DNA of 64,000 bases from assembly GCA_907165135.1 (NCBI GenBank), contig OU015567.1, positions 4,216,001 to 4,280,000 on the forward strand. Reading direction: 5' to 3'. Below, in pieces: positions 23,604 through 36,903 of this stretch (position 1 is the stretch's first letter; each line of letters begins with the position of its first letter). The notes under the pieces were generated by a model that did not search any database, was not told the origin of the DNA, and saw only the letters and a program-made list of their open reading frames with translations. This stretch comes from Oikopleura dioica. Its lineage: Eukaryota > Animalia > Chordata. Both the position numbers and the translations under genes were made by a program.

Positions 23604-26600
23604 CAGAAAGCAGTATGTCTCAATGTACGAGCCCCAACTCAACCCAGACACCTTCCTCGACGATTCCGAATTCTCCGCCGAGCAGATCCGCGACTTGATC
23701 AACAACGGACTCGACATCGAAGTTGCCAAGCTCTTTCCAAATTTCGACGACGACGAAGTAGTAAGTCAATGAGTTTAGTCAAAAGTTGAATTCCGAATTT
23801 CCGATTTTTCGAATTTCTGAACTTCCAAATTTCAAATTTCGAAAGTAAAAAGAGAGAGATGCAAGTCGGAGCATATGCAAAAATGCGCCACAAGGGCCAC
23901 TTGAATTCCAGCTTCGAGCTTATCCGGAATGAAAAGTGCTTTTTTGAGCAGAAATTTTGAGCGAGAACTGCAGAAACTTTTTAGAAGCGAATATTAATTG
24001 AACCCTTTTAGCGAGGTACGATCGCTCTCAACTACGCCCGATGGCCAAAAAACGAAGATGGCATCGTCGTCATTCCCTTTTCCTTCCAAGAGCATTTCAG
24101 CAAGAAAGCCGAGTTCAGAAAGCACGTCGAAGAGATGAACGCCAACTTTGGATGCATCAAGTTTGAGTACGTCCCGACCAATCGACTCCAAGAAACGAAC
24201 TTTGAAAACGGTCTTTTGATCACTCACGCTTCCACAACCCTTTTCGACAATGGCTGCAAATCCGCCATGGGTCTCAATCCCGGCTACACATCCGACAACG
24301 GCTCAATCACCGCTTTGGGAGCGAAGGAAGGCTGGCAGTTGATTATTATGGACGACTATTGTATGACAAGAGGCACTGTGCAGCACGAAATGATGCACGC
24401 TCTCAGGTAAAGACTACCACTGCTCTTTTTGACACCTGTTCCCACGTTCCTAAAAGTGGAGAGGGGGAACGAAGGGCTTCTCGAAAGAACTGCTGTCTAT
24501 GCGGTTTCGAAGATTTTCCCTCAAAATAATCATCAAAACCTGTGTTTTTTTATAACAAAAATTATGTTTTAAGAACTTGTAACTTACAAGTCGAAACGAA
24601 CTTTTACCATATTTATTTTAGTATCAAACACGAACACGTTCGTGGTGATCGTGACGAACTTCTGCACATTGACATCCAGCAAATTTCCGAAGAACTTCCT
24701 GGCTTCGAGTACAACTTCCACAAGATCAAAACTGAAGATTGGGGTCAGGCTCCATGGCCGTTTGATTTCAGATCTGTGATGAACTATCCATCGAAAATTG
24801 GAAATAAGGTGAGTCTTCTTCTTTTCGTTTCTTGAAAACCATATCTTCTTATCCCCTGTGGTCCACACCCTTATTTGCGGACACTTTTGAAAGGCTGACT
24901 CAGTAAAGGCGAGACAAAGTAGAACGGGCTTTTCGGCTGGGTCAGGGAGATTAGGAGAGATTAGACTGACCTCTGATTGAAATGCTCTTGACGGGCTGTT
25001 TAGGGTCGCTTGGGGACAGTTTTGTCGTGTTTTTCTTTGAGCTGCATATTTTTGACGTGACGTCAAGGTACTATTGGCTGGTCAGATATGAACGCACTCA
25101 AGAATTTTTTCTGATAAGAAAAGAATTTCTCCTGGCAATAACAAGAGCTTCTTGGAGGAAACCGATCTGAGTCGATTTTCAGCCAAAATTTTTATCCATT
25201 TTTCTTTAGAAACTGATCACCACTCACACAGGCCAAGAGTACTTGCGAAACAATGTGCGCCACTCTAGTACCGACGCCCTCCAGCTCCAATGGCTTTACT
25301 GCGCCGCTCAAGGAAACGAGGACAGCTACGAGTACACTCCATGGACATATTGTCAGGAGCCCGATCCGTTTGGATACACTCAGCCGATCTTGAGGAGCAG
25401 AATTTGCGACGGAATCAAGGATTGCTTCGATGGAGAGGATGAAGATGGAAGAATGGGCGAATGCAATAAGCATGGAAAAGAAGAGGTAAAAAAAAATATT
25501 TTATTAAAAAAATTTTACTTCTTTTATTATTTTTTATTATTAAAAAAAAATTTTATTGTTTTTTGTTATTTAAAAAAAAAATTATTTTTTTATAACTTTT
25601 GATTATTTTGTAAAAAATATTTTATTAAAAAATTTAAAAAAAGGAGAAATATTTTATTATAAAAACATCAAAGAAGGGACTTTTTCTTGTCTCCGCAAAA
25701 AGTAGCTCCTGATCTCTTTCTGCCGAAAGATTAACCTATCATCTCATAATTAAGATAGGGCACTTACCGCAAAATATCGATAACACTACTTAGCGCTTGT
25801 CGCAATTTAACAACCCTCGAATCATCAATTATTTTCTAGGACTCGACCGACGATGGCTGTTGCCGCAACATCTTTGTCGTCCGTTACAAAACACGTTACC
25901 AGTGCCAGGAGTCCGAAACGAGCCCAAAACACAACGGGCACGTGATGTACGACTGCTTCAATCCGGACAACGGGCAGATGGAAGAAATTAAACTCTTCTG
26001 GGAAACGAATCTCCACGGCGGGCAAGGAGCTGGTTGGGTCTTTGGCTTCCCCGAATGTGCTTCGAGAAGCCATCAGTGCGAAATTGCGAGAGCGATGAGT
26101 GATAATTTGGACACAATGGAAGGCAAGAGCTATCGAACTTTGGTAAGAAAGATGATGCTTTTTCCCGATAAAATGCTTTCTTAGTCAATGTCCTGGGCCG
26201 AAATTGAAACTCCAAGAGGAATCGAATCCGTTCGAATGCCCGCTCAAGGTGGCGTCGACAGATGGATCATTGGCGATCTTGATCACTGTCCTCCCATTGG
26301 CTCGTACGATCCTGGATACGTAAATGAGCTCCGAAATTTCGTCGTCGATTTTGGTAAGGCAAATTCTTGAAGACTCGATTCTAGCGATCTTTTTAGATAA
26401 CGTGATCAACCCTGGCGACTTCGTCACTGTCTACTGCATGGACAACGCTGCGGAAATTACGACTACTACTGAAGCTCCAACAACAACGGAAGCAACGAGC
26501 TCTTGCGAAGTCGACCGATACGAGGACAATACGCTCGCCAATGTTCGAAACTTGAACAACATGCTCAAGAATGCGTCGAAAAACTCATCCCACAAGGACT

Positions 26601-27207
26601 TCAAAAAACTAATCAAGGCTGAGTAAGTTTCGAGGAATAAGACAACGGGGCTGGTATTCATGTTTATTTAGGATGGGCATTTGCAAGGCAGCAGATAAGC
26701 TTCTCGCAAAATCTCTGGGCAAGACCCTGAAGGGTTGCGAGGTTGACTTTGTTGGATTGGACACCATCAATGCTTTCAGCTCATCTCTTTGTGGATTCAG
26801 CCCCGGACCCGATCAGCATGAAGTTACCCAGCTCAGAAATGTACGTCACCCTTTTCGAGGCCCTTTTTATAAGTTTTTTGTAGCTCTGCGAAGATTTGAA
26901 AATCTACTTGAAATGGAAATTCTCTGCTTGTGGCGAGCTTATCCACAGTTTTGCCGACAAATTGAAGAAGGGATGCAACAAAATGGAGAAGTCGCTAAAG
27001 AAACTTCCTCAATATGATCCCGATGCTGGTTTGTTTTGAATATTTTATCGGATATTTAATTATATAAAAGGTTCATATTCATGTATATAATTTATTTACT
27101 ACCCCTTTACTTATCAAATTTCAGTCGATCGAAATCTGATTGAGCCTCCAAGTGCTCTCCCCAAACCTGGCTACAATGATTGGGAAGGAGTCTTCTTCAA
27201 GAAATAA
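23604..27207 (+). CDS. Astacin-family (M12A) zinc metalloprotease with LDLa-like and Thr-rich segments (5' exon not located)
   Basis: Spliced HEMMHALSIKHEHVRGDRD (HExxHxxGxxHExxRxDR with G>S); Met-turn SVMNY; ICDGIKDCFDGEDE LDLa-like repeat. Confidence 0.85.
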
Positions 27208-27907
27208 ACAAATGGACATTTGAAGATGCAATAATATGAGATTTTTCTATGTACCAATTTTCCCAACTTTTTGTTATTACTTATTTGCCTGTACAGATTT
27301 ATTTGTAATGTTTGAATAAACAATTTTATATAAAATGACACTAAGGTTGTTTTCTTTGCGCTCTTAAATACCTTGCGCAGCGGGATACGGGGGTTTGATA
27401 AGTAGCAATTTTTATCGCACGGGAAACATGGCGGAATTTAAGCCTTAGAATTGGAGTTTTTCGAGCCCGATAAGCTCTGTAATAAGTGCCACGCGGCTGC
27501 GAACAGTTCCATGTACTCTCTGCTCAGGATGCTTTTCAAGAAAATAAGGCGGGAAAGCACTTGACTAACCTTCTTTCAAGAAGGAACCATGCTCTAACGA
27601 GCCTTTTCCTGTTATGGAAATACGGTCTTAAAGATGATCGTAAACATCCCACGAATACGTTCCTTAGTAGTCATCTTTGAGAGTCCGAGAGTGACTTTTC
27701 ATGGGTTGTGAATTTAAATGTCTTGTAAAGTAAAGTCTAAATTTGAGTGTCTTAAAAAGTAATTAAAAGAAGAATTTTCCCATCTATTTTCCTAAAGATT
27801 CCCATGATGACTTTAAATATAAGCTGTTTCTCGAAAGAGCTTTCAGAGGTTAAAATCTTTAATTTCAATTTCAGCATTTTTTCTAAGAGATAATTGTCTT
27901 GCCCAAA

Positions 27908-29886
27908 ATGGTAAATCGGTCCAATAAGCAAAGGAATAAAATCAATCCGGAAATCGAGATCACGTAAGATCTAATAGAATCAACTCATTCTTAAAGAGCC
28001 TAGTGATAACATCATTATCGTCAATAATCAAAATGCGGAACCAGAAGCTGGAAAATGCAATTTTTTGAAGAAATGGTCGACGAAGAAAATAGTGATCGTT
28101 GGAATTCCCTTTTGTTCCATCGTCATTTTAGCAATTTGTGTCCCTTTGATTCTACTTTCGAACGAGAACTCGAATAATAATGGCGTTGCGACAACCATAA
28201 CCTCGATTATCCCAACAACTTCTTCAACAACGACAACTCTGACTACTCCCACAATACCGACTACTTCTACGTCGATATCATCGACAACAACTACAAAAAC
28301 CACTACTTTTATGACGGAAACAATAGAAACTACCAGAATGGCAATATTAACAAGTCTTACATCTTTACCAATAACAACATCTTCAATACCAACGACTTCA
28401 ATAGCAGCAACGTCGACTTCAATGAGAACCACGACGATCACGACAGCAGCGACAACGACAGAAGCAACAACAACAGAAGAAACAACAACAGCAGCGACAA
28501 CCTCTACAGCGGCGATAATCACAACCATTCTTCCATCAACCACACTTTTTCCACTATCAACAACGGAAGAAACAACTTCTTTCTCGTTTTCAACGATCTG
28601 GGATTATACAACTTCATTTTTCAATGAAACAACAGCAGAAGTATCAACCATGTCATTTTTCACAACCGAAATGACAACAGCATTAACGATGAATTTAACG
28701 ACCACAACAACCAAAACTACAACAAATACTACGACAACAACCACAACAAAAGATCCCGGACCAAAGGAAAGATACCAAAGGACATGAAATGAAAGACTTA
28801 TATTTTTGCTATCTCATGGAGACTGTTACCGTATTCGAAGCATCAGAATATGCAAGGAATCGGCGTACTTACACTCTAACCGAAACTGGCATTAGAAAAT
28901 TCAACACTTATGGGTTTGGATCTAGCTCGAATAATAACGTTCACAATATTTATTACTCTGGTGGTGCAATTTTACGCGGAAAATTTTATATTTTCGGTGG
29001 GCATGTTGATCCATATATAATCCGTCGTCTTGACGGGTGCTTATTTAGAACAATGTCGACCAGACTTCCCTACAAAGATGTTTCAAACCATTCTAAAATT
29101 AATGTACTTATATTCGGTATCATCGGAGTATTGAAACGAAAAAAGACACGAAACTCATAACAGTGTTGTCACTTTGCAAGATGATTCAAAAACACTCATG
29201 TGCTTTTACGATTGGTATACAAATAGATTTGACCATGACCACTGTCTCTATTATACCGGTTCCAGGGCAGGAATAGAACCATATAAATCAAATTATCGGC
29301 ATTGGTATGCATGTGTTGCTCATTATGGAAATGATATTCTTGGTAATCTTAAATACGGAAAAATAAACATATTTTTAATATATAAAGCTGTCGGAGGCAA
29401 ACAAGACGATGGTAAATACAAAGTCGAGTGGAGAAGTGGATCAAATGGTAGATGGTACACTACAACAGCTCTTCCTACCTTCTAGTGAGCCTCATCAATT
29501 ATTTTTTTCTGCTGAGATTTAATTTCAGCGATGCTCACATGAGCACATGTATTGGGTATCCGGATGCAGTGATCTCGATTGGGGGTTGGCACATTGGAAG
29601 AGAAATTCTTCTTTTCAAAAATAATAAGTGGACCTTTTTAGGAAAATCGCAAAATGTAAATATATGAAGCTCTTTGGAACCAACAACATTTTTATAGGCC
29701 CGACGACTTGGAGCCTCAGTCAATTTTGGAAACGTTATTTTTACAATAGGAGACAAAACCATTGAAAAATTCGAACTCGATGAGTCTCACAATACTTTTG
29801 TCAGCAGCCCTGAGACAATTTATTGGTCTGTAGAAGATGGTTGGTCGGCTATTATGTTTAATTCAAAGTTTGACACTTGCGTCTAA
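27908..29886 (+). CDS. Type II membrane protein: TM anchor, mucin-like Thr stalk, kelch-like ectodomain
   Basis: IVIVGIPFCSIVILAICVPLILL; about 190 Thr-rich residues; GGAILRGKFYIFGG, VISIGG; a putative 37-nt GA-AG intron (28759-28795) restores the frame. Confidence 0.7.
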
Positions 29887-30624
29887 AGAATTTTGAGATG
29901 AAAGATCGAAATATATTTCTTGTTTTTTTTATTCTTTATTGAATCGAAGGCAGGATGGAAATGGAAATCTGAAAGTCTCTCATCGCTTTTTTAATTATGT
30001 GCTGAGTGGAGGTTGATGATGGGCTGACGTGTTTTGCGCAAAACGACCGCTAAATTTGTGTTCTCAGATGACAGCACGAGGCGAGTCCTGTCCAGCTCAC
30101 TCCTGGCGTTATCTTTTGATACGTCTAGGAGGCGCCTCTAGAATTTCTGACTCTTCTTTCGTCTCCACTCGTATCGTCTTTTTCCAGCTTTCTTCTCTTA
30201 CGCAAGGGACAAATTGCTAAAACAAAGGGTCATTGACTCCAACTTTCTTAGCGCTAGATTTATTTTCTGTTGAAATTCGCTCTAAGAATAGAGGCTAAGA
30301 GGCTATCTAAAGCCTCTTTTCGAGATAACAATCTTTCCATGGAGTTTGTTATTAAACCGACCATACGAAAGCTACAATGGTTTATCTTACCTCAAAAACT
30401 TCAGTGGTCGTTTTCGTATTTTTCCTTCCAAACTGCGTTCCAAAATCAAACTCGCTCGAAAACGTCTCGTGAAAAGTGCGATGCTCAAAAAACTCGCCGT
30501 CAAATTCGTCAAATCTTCCCGTGAAAACATTTTGAACTTGTGGCTTCTTTGGACGGGCAACAGGCCGTTCGCGGAAAACGTTTGAAGAGTTGAGATTATA
30601 TGACTGAAAAAAAGTTGTTTTTGG

Positions 30625-30979
30625 GGGCCGAACCAAAATAAGGAAGTAATAAGCTAGGAAGTGACAGCGTAGGAGCGAACAAGAAAGTATCATACACGAA
30701 AGGATCAAATAAGAAAGTATCATACATGAAAGTATCAAATTAAATAGGATCATGCATTAAAGGATCGAATTTTTTTGGAACCAATAAGATTGCCGTATAA
30801 GGCCTACCGGCCTATAAGAAACCCATCCTCAATCATTTTCAAATGTATGCCCGATCCAATCTTGCACGATACTGGCTTGGATCTTCCATTATAATTTGAT
30901 CCTTTCGTGTATGATACTTTCTTGTTCGCTCCTACGCTGTCACTTCCTAGCTTATTACTTCCCTATTTTAGTTCGTGCC
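30625..30979. mobile_element. MITE with ~90-bp TIRs, GG termini and an 8-bp TSD
   Basis: Perfect TSD GTTTTTGG at 30617-30624 and 30980-30987; AGGAAGTAATAAGCTAGGAAGTGACAGCGTAGGAGCGAACAAGAAAGTATCATACACGAAAGGATCAAAT mirrored on the right. Confidence 0.88.
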
Positions 30980-31099
30980 GTTTTTGGAAAAATGTTGAGT
31001 TTCGTAAAGAAGCAATGGAAAAAAAGTAAGCTGATCGTCGCCAGGTGAGTTGGAAACTGATCGAATTCCAGCAAGCTGGCATTTTATCTTCACGTAACG

Positions 31100-32850
31100 T
31101 AATTACGCTTAGCTTCGAGCAAGAGTTAAGCCATTCTGGCGAAGGCCCGTCATTTTCTCTGAGAAAAAAATGTGCGATCTATGCTATCGAAAATTCCTGA
31201 CATTTTCAAACAGCCCCTTTCTGTTCCCAACAGGGCTGAAAACTTACATTTGCCGCCGAAAAGCTTTCTTTTAGCCAATCATCTTTGGAATTTTCTGAAA
31301 CTCCGGATGATCTATCCGAGTCATCGTCAAAATCCATCGGATTACGCAGATAGTCTCCGACAGGATCGTAATCTTCCATGATCGGACCGAGATTTTCTCT
31401 ATTCATCCAGGCCGCTACTTTGTCCGTAACAATCATTTGCGTTTCGTCAAGTTTCAGGGAGTTGTTGATGTCTACTTCGATTTCGTCGATGTTTTCGGGG
31501 GTTTGGCGACCTTCGGCTTTTTCGGAATCGTCGAGGAATTCTTGGAGAGTGATGGTTTCGGCGGGAGAGGTAATGTTGTGGCTGATTTTTGGTCGGGAAA
31601 CGATGTCTTAAAAATTTTTATTGATTGATTTAAAAGAACAAGAAAAAGAGGAAAGAGAAAATATTATCATTCATTATTATTAATGATAAATTCGTAAATA
31701 TCACGCAAAAATGAAGCTTTACGATTTTTGAAAATAAAATCTAGAATTGCTTGAATTTAGGGTCAAACCAAAATTTTCAGGCAATTTTATGGTTCAGGGT
31801 TTTGATTGGTCGGTTGACCAAATACAGCAATCTTATTGGTCATTCAAGAATCCACTTCCGTTTTTGGTCTACTCTAGAAATTCTAGAAGAAAATCTTAGT
31901 ACAGATTTCTGAATCAAAATTGGATTGAATTTTCGAACCTGAGGGGCTGATATAACCAGTACTAGAATCAGCATCGCCGATTTTATTATTTTCATTTTCT
32001 AGCGTGAGATCTTCTTCGTCGATACTCTGCATTAACGAGTCTGTAGTTGTGATTGTCGTGTGTGTTCCTGATCTGTGAAGTCTCTGGAGACTGGGAGATC
32101 TGATTGCGATGCTGGGTGATGGAGGGATGGTTTTGCCGGTAGGGTCGCTGATTTCGCGACGGATCGACATTGGGGATGGATTTGGCGAGGACATGGTCGG
32201 GAGAGAGGATTGTCCGAGCGTTCTTCTGAAAAAAGGGGTTGAGAAAGGATTGCTTTTGTGGCCTTACCTGATGGTTGAGGGAGTCCCCTTTTCATAAAAA
32301 GTCGACAGCTGTTTCAACCAAGTTGCAGGGTTCTTTGTTTTCGTTGTTTTGAGGCCGAGGATATGATTATATGCTTGAAATATGGTTATGCTTCGATTTG
32401 GTCAAAATCTGTCACCTTTGGTATCAGACTCGTACTTTTCTGAAATCTGAAAATAGGCGTCCTTTGTTGGCTGGACAATCATATCTTTCAAATTTGAGCT
32501 CATAAAGACGTCGGAATTCGCATCTTTTCCCTGTTTGAGGTTTTGAAATCAACGAAGATTTACAGTCTCTGGAGAACCTCTTGAATTTTTTCGAAGAAAA
32601 AGAGATTCAAAACCAATGTTCCTTATATACAGTGAGCTTATCCCCAACGAGTGTCACGAAACGAGTTTCCCAAATTGGCAGCAAAACTTCAAGCGTTGCC
32701 GAAACAATTTCCTCGTCTTTCTTCATCTCCTTTCTATCCGGAACGTAGGGCGGTAGTTTTGGCGGACAAGAAGCAGCATGCTCGCTAGAAGCAGAAGTAA
32801 GTTTTGACAATATCGCCAAGATAAAATCTGTAATTTCATAAATCACCGCT
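31100..32850 (-). CDS. Probable PH-like domain protein with a Ser-rich disordered tail
   Basis: WETRFVTLVGDKLTVYK resembles PH strands beta2-beta3; several minus-strand exon-like ORFs; model incomplete. Confidence 0.35.
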
Positions 32851-33022
32851 GCGAGGCGACTTTTACGAGTGACAATTTGCGCTTCCCCACTAAGCTATCG
32901 CTCTTGATGTGAGCTTTATGACTGTCATTTGTGTAACATCGAGCAAACACAGATAAGTCCGCAATTCAAGCGATTTAAGATTACAATTTAATCCTATCAA
33001 GAATTTCGACTCAAGAAAAATT

Positions 33023-33180
33023 GGGATGGTGTCTGGAACCGACAAAAAATTTCGACAAATTTTGCGTGGAAATTTTCAACCAATCAGAAGCCTGGATTCG
33101 GCAAACCGGCCAATCCGGAGCCGAGTAGCCGCCCACGCAAAATTTGTCGAAATTTTTCTGTCGGTTCCAGACACCATCCC
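33023..33180. mobile_element. 158-bp MITE, 47-bp TIRs, 8-bp TSD (Merlin-like GG termini)
   Basis: GGGATGGTGTCTGGAACCGAC...GTCGGTTCCAGACACCATCCC; perfect TSD GAAAAATT (33015-33022 and 33181-33188). Confidence 0.93.
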
Positions 33181-34836
33181 GAAAAATTCGCTATATTTCG
33201 GAAAAATGAGCTGCGAAAAAGAACTTACTGAAATGCTTTGAGCCATTTTTCGATTTGATAAAGGACGTGAAAAAGAAGTCTTCTTGATGGTTTTCTTACA
33301 TCAATAAGCGATATATCTTTCCGGAGTTGAAAATAATTTCTTTGAAGACCATGATATTTTTACGAAAATTTCAACACCTGACATAACCAGTTTTCTCCCT
33401 TCTTCTTGCAATTTCCACATTGAATTGCTTGAGAACAATCGATTTATAGCTTCTGAGACCCTCGATTGTATTGACTGCATTTGCTTTCTTCTCGTTTTTC
33501 TTTTCTTGCGATTTATCCGTGTCTTTGTACAGCTCAAATATTCCAAAAGAAGTTATTGCGGCGATTCTTTTCTTCATTTTTCTCTTTTTCCAACCTTGAT
33601 TTTCTCGATTTTTGTCTCGAAAAAAGACCCACCTTTGGTGTTGGTGTCGTAAAGCATAATCTTCTCCACCACCAGATACTCGCACATCGACCCTTGATCG
33701 CTATCAGTTGGGCAATTCTCTACCATCTTTGCTTCTTCTTCAAAAATGCGCTACTGAATAATTCACTGTAAAAAATAGTTTGGGATGACTAATTAATCCA
33801 CTGCATGAATAAGCTCGGACCAATTCTCGATTCCTTTTTTCGGAAAGCGTTAATTCTCTCCTTAACTTCTAGCGCTTATCGAGAATTACCTAAAAATTGG
33901 ACAAAAGAAAGTGAAAAGAAAAAGTTCACGAAAAAGGTCATCCTAGTTGGATTTTCACGGATGAAGGAATTTCATGATTTTCGGTTGTAAAATTGAATTC
34001 AACGAATGAATCGACCGGAAATACGTGATAATGTACATTTTGAGCAATTTTGAAGAGGAATTTCAAGATTTTTTTTGTTACTTTTTATCAACTTACTTTT
34101 TTTCTTTTTTTTGGATTTTTCAAAGCCGAAAAAATGTTCTCTTCGTTGATTTCGGGGGAAATTGTTGTCAGATAAAAAAAATGACTATCGCTTGAATGTT
34201 GGATTAGATCGTTTTTTGTCGAGGCGGTGTTCAGTGTTGAGGGGTATTCTTGTGTTATGTTGACACTATTCTGCAAATAATGAACGCTGGCGCATTCAAA
34301 TCACGGATCGGAATGGCGCCGCGGGTCCAATCGCTCCTGTACGGATATCATGGTTTTATTTATGGCAGCTTGGGAAAAATGCATCGGAAGATGATGGTTG
34401 AGGAAAACTTTATTCATCTTATTGCTTGAGTAAACCGATAATGATAAACTCAGATAATTTCGTAGTGTTTCTTTGGCAGCCTTGCCCCGCTTTTGTCCGT
34501 CTACTCAGTAGACTCTACTGTAAATTCAGCGCTGATTCAGTTTCAATTGATATGAACCGGCCGCTTGACTGAGGTTTTTACCCGATTGAATTTACTCGTT
34601 AGAGAAAAATGCACATCTGAGAATAAAAAATGAGGGATAAACTGGAGAAGCGAATTGTTGGTTGAGAGAATTCTTTAGTTCTTTTCCGTTTTACAAGCTT
34701 CTTTGTAAATATTGAATTTGATCGATGGTATTAATCTTAGCAACTCAAAAAATTTTTTTTCAGAAAAAAAAATCGACGCTTGGTAGAGAGACAGATTCGA
34801 CTCATATTTTCAGATTTTTATTTATTTTCGTTAGTT

Positions 34837-36388
34837 ATGCAGTGGGATGAGAAAGACTGGGTAAAATGATGACTTTCTGGTTTGAAAATAATAGTGAGTT
34901 TTTAGGAATATCGAGCTGAGGGCGGAAAACACCTTGTTGTCGTGAATCATTCTCTTCATAAAATTCTCCGTTTTATAAAGGTTCCGGTCGGTGTAGAGCG
35001 AAATCTCAACGATGAGAGGATTCAAATTGAGAGAAGATTGAACTATGAAAAATATGTAACTGTTCGATTAGTATCGAAGAGCGGCAATTTTATTTTTTTT
35101 CAGGCCCCTTTGTTGAGTGAGTTCGAAATTCACACTGATTCTGGAGAGTTGGTGTTTCTCAGTGCTGATTTTTGTGACCCCTTGTTCGCAAGAATTGATG
35201 ACGACAGGCCGAATGCTCGGTAAGAAAACATTTATTAAATTCAGCATCGATTTCTTGTAGAAAACTTTTGGAAGTTCCTCGAGGACCAAGATATGCAGTA
35301 CTTCAAGATGATTTTACCCAGAGTAACTCCAGTGATTCAAGTTTTGCGATCGAGATAAAGCCAAAAGTAGAATAACAAAGGCGAATTCTTTATAACCATT
35401 TCTAGTGCGCGTATGTTCAGCCAAATCTTCGATCTTGTCAGTTCTGCCTGATGCAACTCGAGCATCTTCTCGACGGGAGAGATGTTAATTCAAGATGCTT
35501 CTACTGCTCCGCTGACTTTTTCTCCTCCGATCTTAGTCGGAAAAAGTTCGCCTTCAAAAATGTATGCTTACAAGATAATTTTTTTGTCCTAAGTTTTTAA
35601 GCTTCTCGAGAATCCTCTCAAAGACCTGCGATTTTTCAAGGACGGCGAATTAATTTTCTCTATGGATACCCTCGAATATGTTGGGAAATCAGGAAACGAT
35701 CGATTTCATGAAAAGATGGACGACTTATGCGGCTTTACGGATGCCCTCGAGAAGATCATTGAAGATTTGTGCAATTCTCTCGGATCCAGGTATATAGGAC
35801 CCCTTTTGTGAAGAGGATATGATAAAGTTTCTCAGTGAAAATGACGAAAAATGCCTTACATCAACATTCAAAAATAAACGTTCCAATCCAATTGCTATTT
35901 CATCCCCATTGGGTCCCTTACGCGCCATTTCTGCCCTTCAAAAAACAAGCACACATACTGCCATTGAAGCTTACGGTATCGCAATTAATAATATTTTTTT
36001 TAAATCATATCAAAGAAAGTTATAGGCGACTCAGCAAAGAAGATCGACAAAAATTGACGAACCCATCTGAAGATTGGATCATCTCCGCAAACAAAATGGA
36101 CAACTTTACGGACATTGACATTGCTCGTCGCCACTTGATCTCAAAGACGTTCAAGGATTGTAGTCTAATGATCATTTTTACTCCAAAAGAAAATGTCGAA
36201 ACGAAATTTCACTTTGAAATCATTGATCTTGATTTGAAGGAACTTGATTTTCTGTCACTAAAGATAGAGCTATCAACATTTTATCCATAAAAAAATCACT
36301 AATAAAGCCAACGAAAAAGTTCCTAGAGCACAAGGAGAAAGAAGATGGCCTACTCAAATTGAAAGAGGATGAGACCATAGGCAATTAA
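34837..36388 (+). CDS. IPPK: Inositol-pentakisphosphate 2-kinase
   Basis: WEYRAEGGKHLVV, KILRFIK, AIEIKPK, CQFCLMQ, FYCSADFFS, KTFKDCSLMI, IIDLDLKP; the last motif is rebuilt across a GA-AG intron at 36240-36307. Confidence 0.85.
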
Positions 36389-36903
36389 TTTTTCTGAAAC
36401 TGACACTCTGATACGCTCATAATTCGCGTTACTCTGTTGAAATCTGGCAGACCGTTCAATAAAATCTCGACCATTTCTACCGGAACTCTTGAGGTGCTCC
36501 TTTGTGTGTCTCTGACGCTAATCTCAGTGGCCATTCAGGCCTTGAAATAACAAAAATATTGTAAAGCACAAATCTCACTTGTCATTCGCCGCTCAATCTT
36601 TATTAAGAGAATTCTTTTCCGACAACCAAAAACGTCCCTTTTCCGATCCTTTCGACCCACAAAGGTAAGATTCTAGCTTTTCTTTTCTTGAATTCTCATT
36701 GTTGATTTCAAGCTCCATTTCCCTTGAAAAATGAACGATTTAACGAGAGCTTTCAAATTATTGAATTTATTTTCAGAAAGCGATTCAAGCCGCTTGAATC
36801 ATAAAAAATCGTTACTACGAAGACAAGGGAAAAATTAAGTCCTGTTTTGTCGTGAGCGATTTTATTGCGCGATTTATTTGAAAAGTAGTGAAGACAAGAG
36901 AAG

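Noticed and set aside
23790-23845. AATTTC(C/G)-type tandem repeats; AT-rich tracts at 25480-25680 and 40130-40420
   Set aside because: Low-complexity intronic or intergenic DNA.
28028-28543. 171-aa Val-rich minus-strand ORF (also 46686-46895 and 55401-55601)
   Set aside because: Antisense shadows of poly-Thr coding sequence.
30346-30585. Basic ORF resembling a ribosomal protein
   Set aside because: No convincing family motif and no clear start or splice model.
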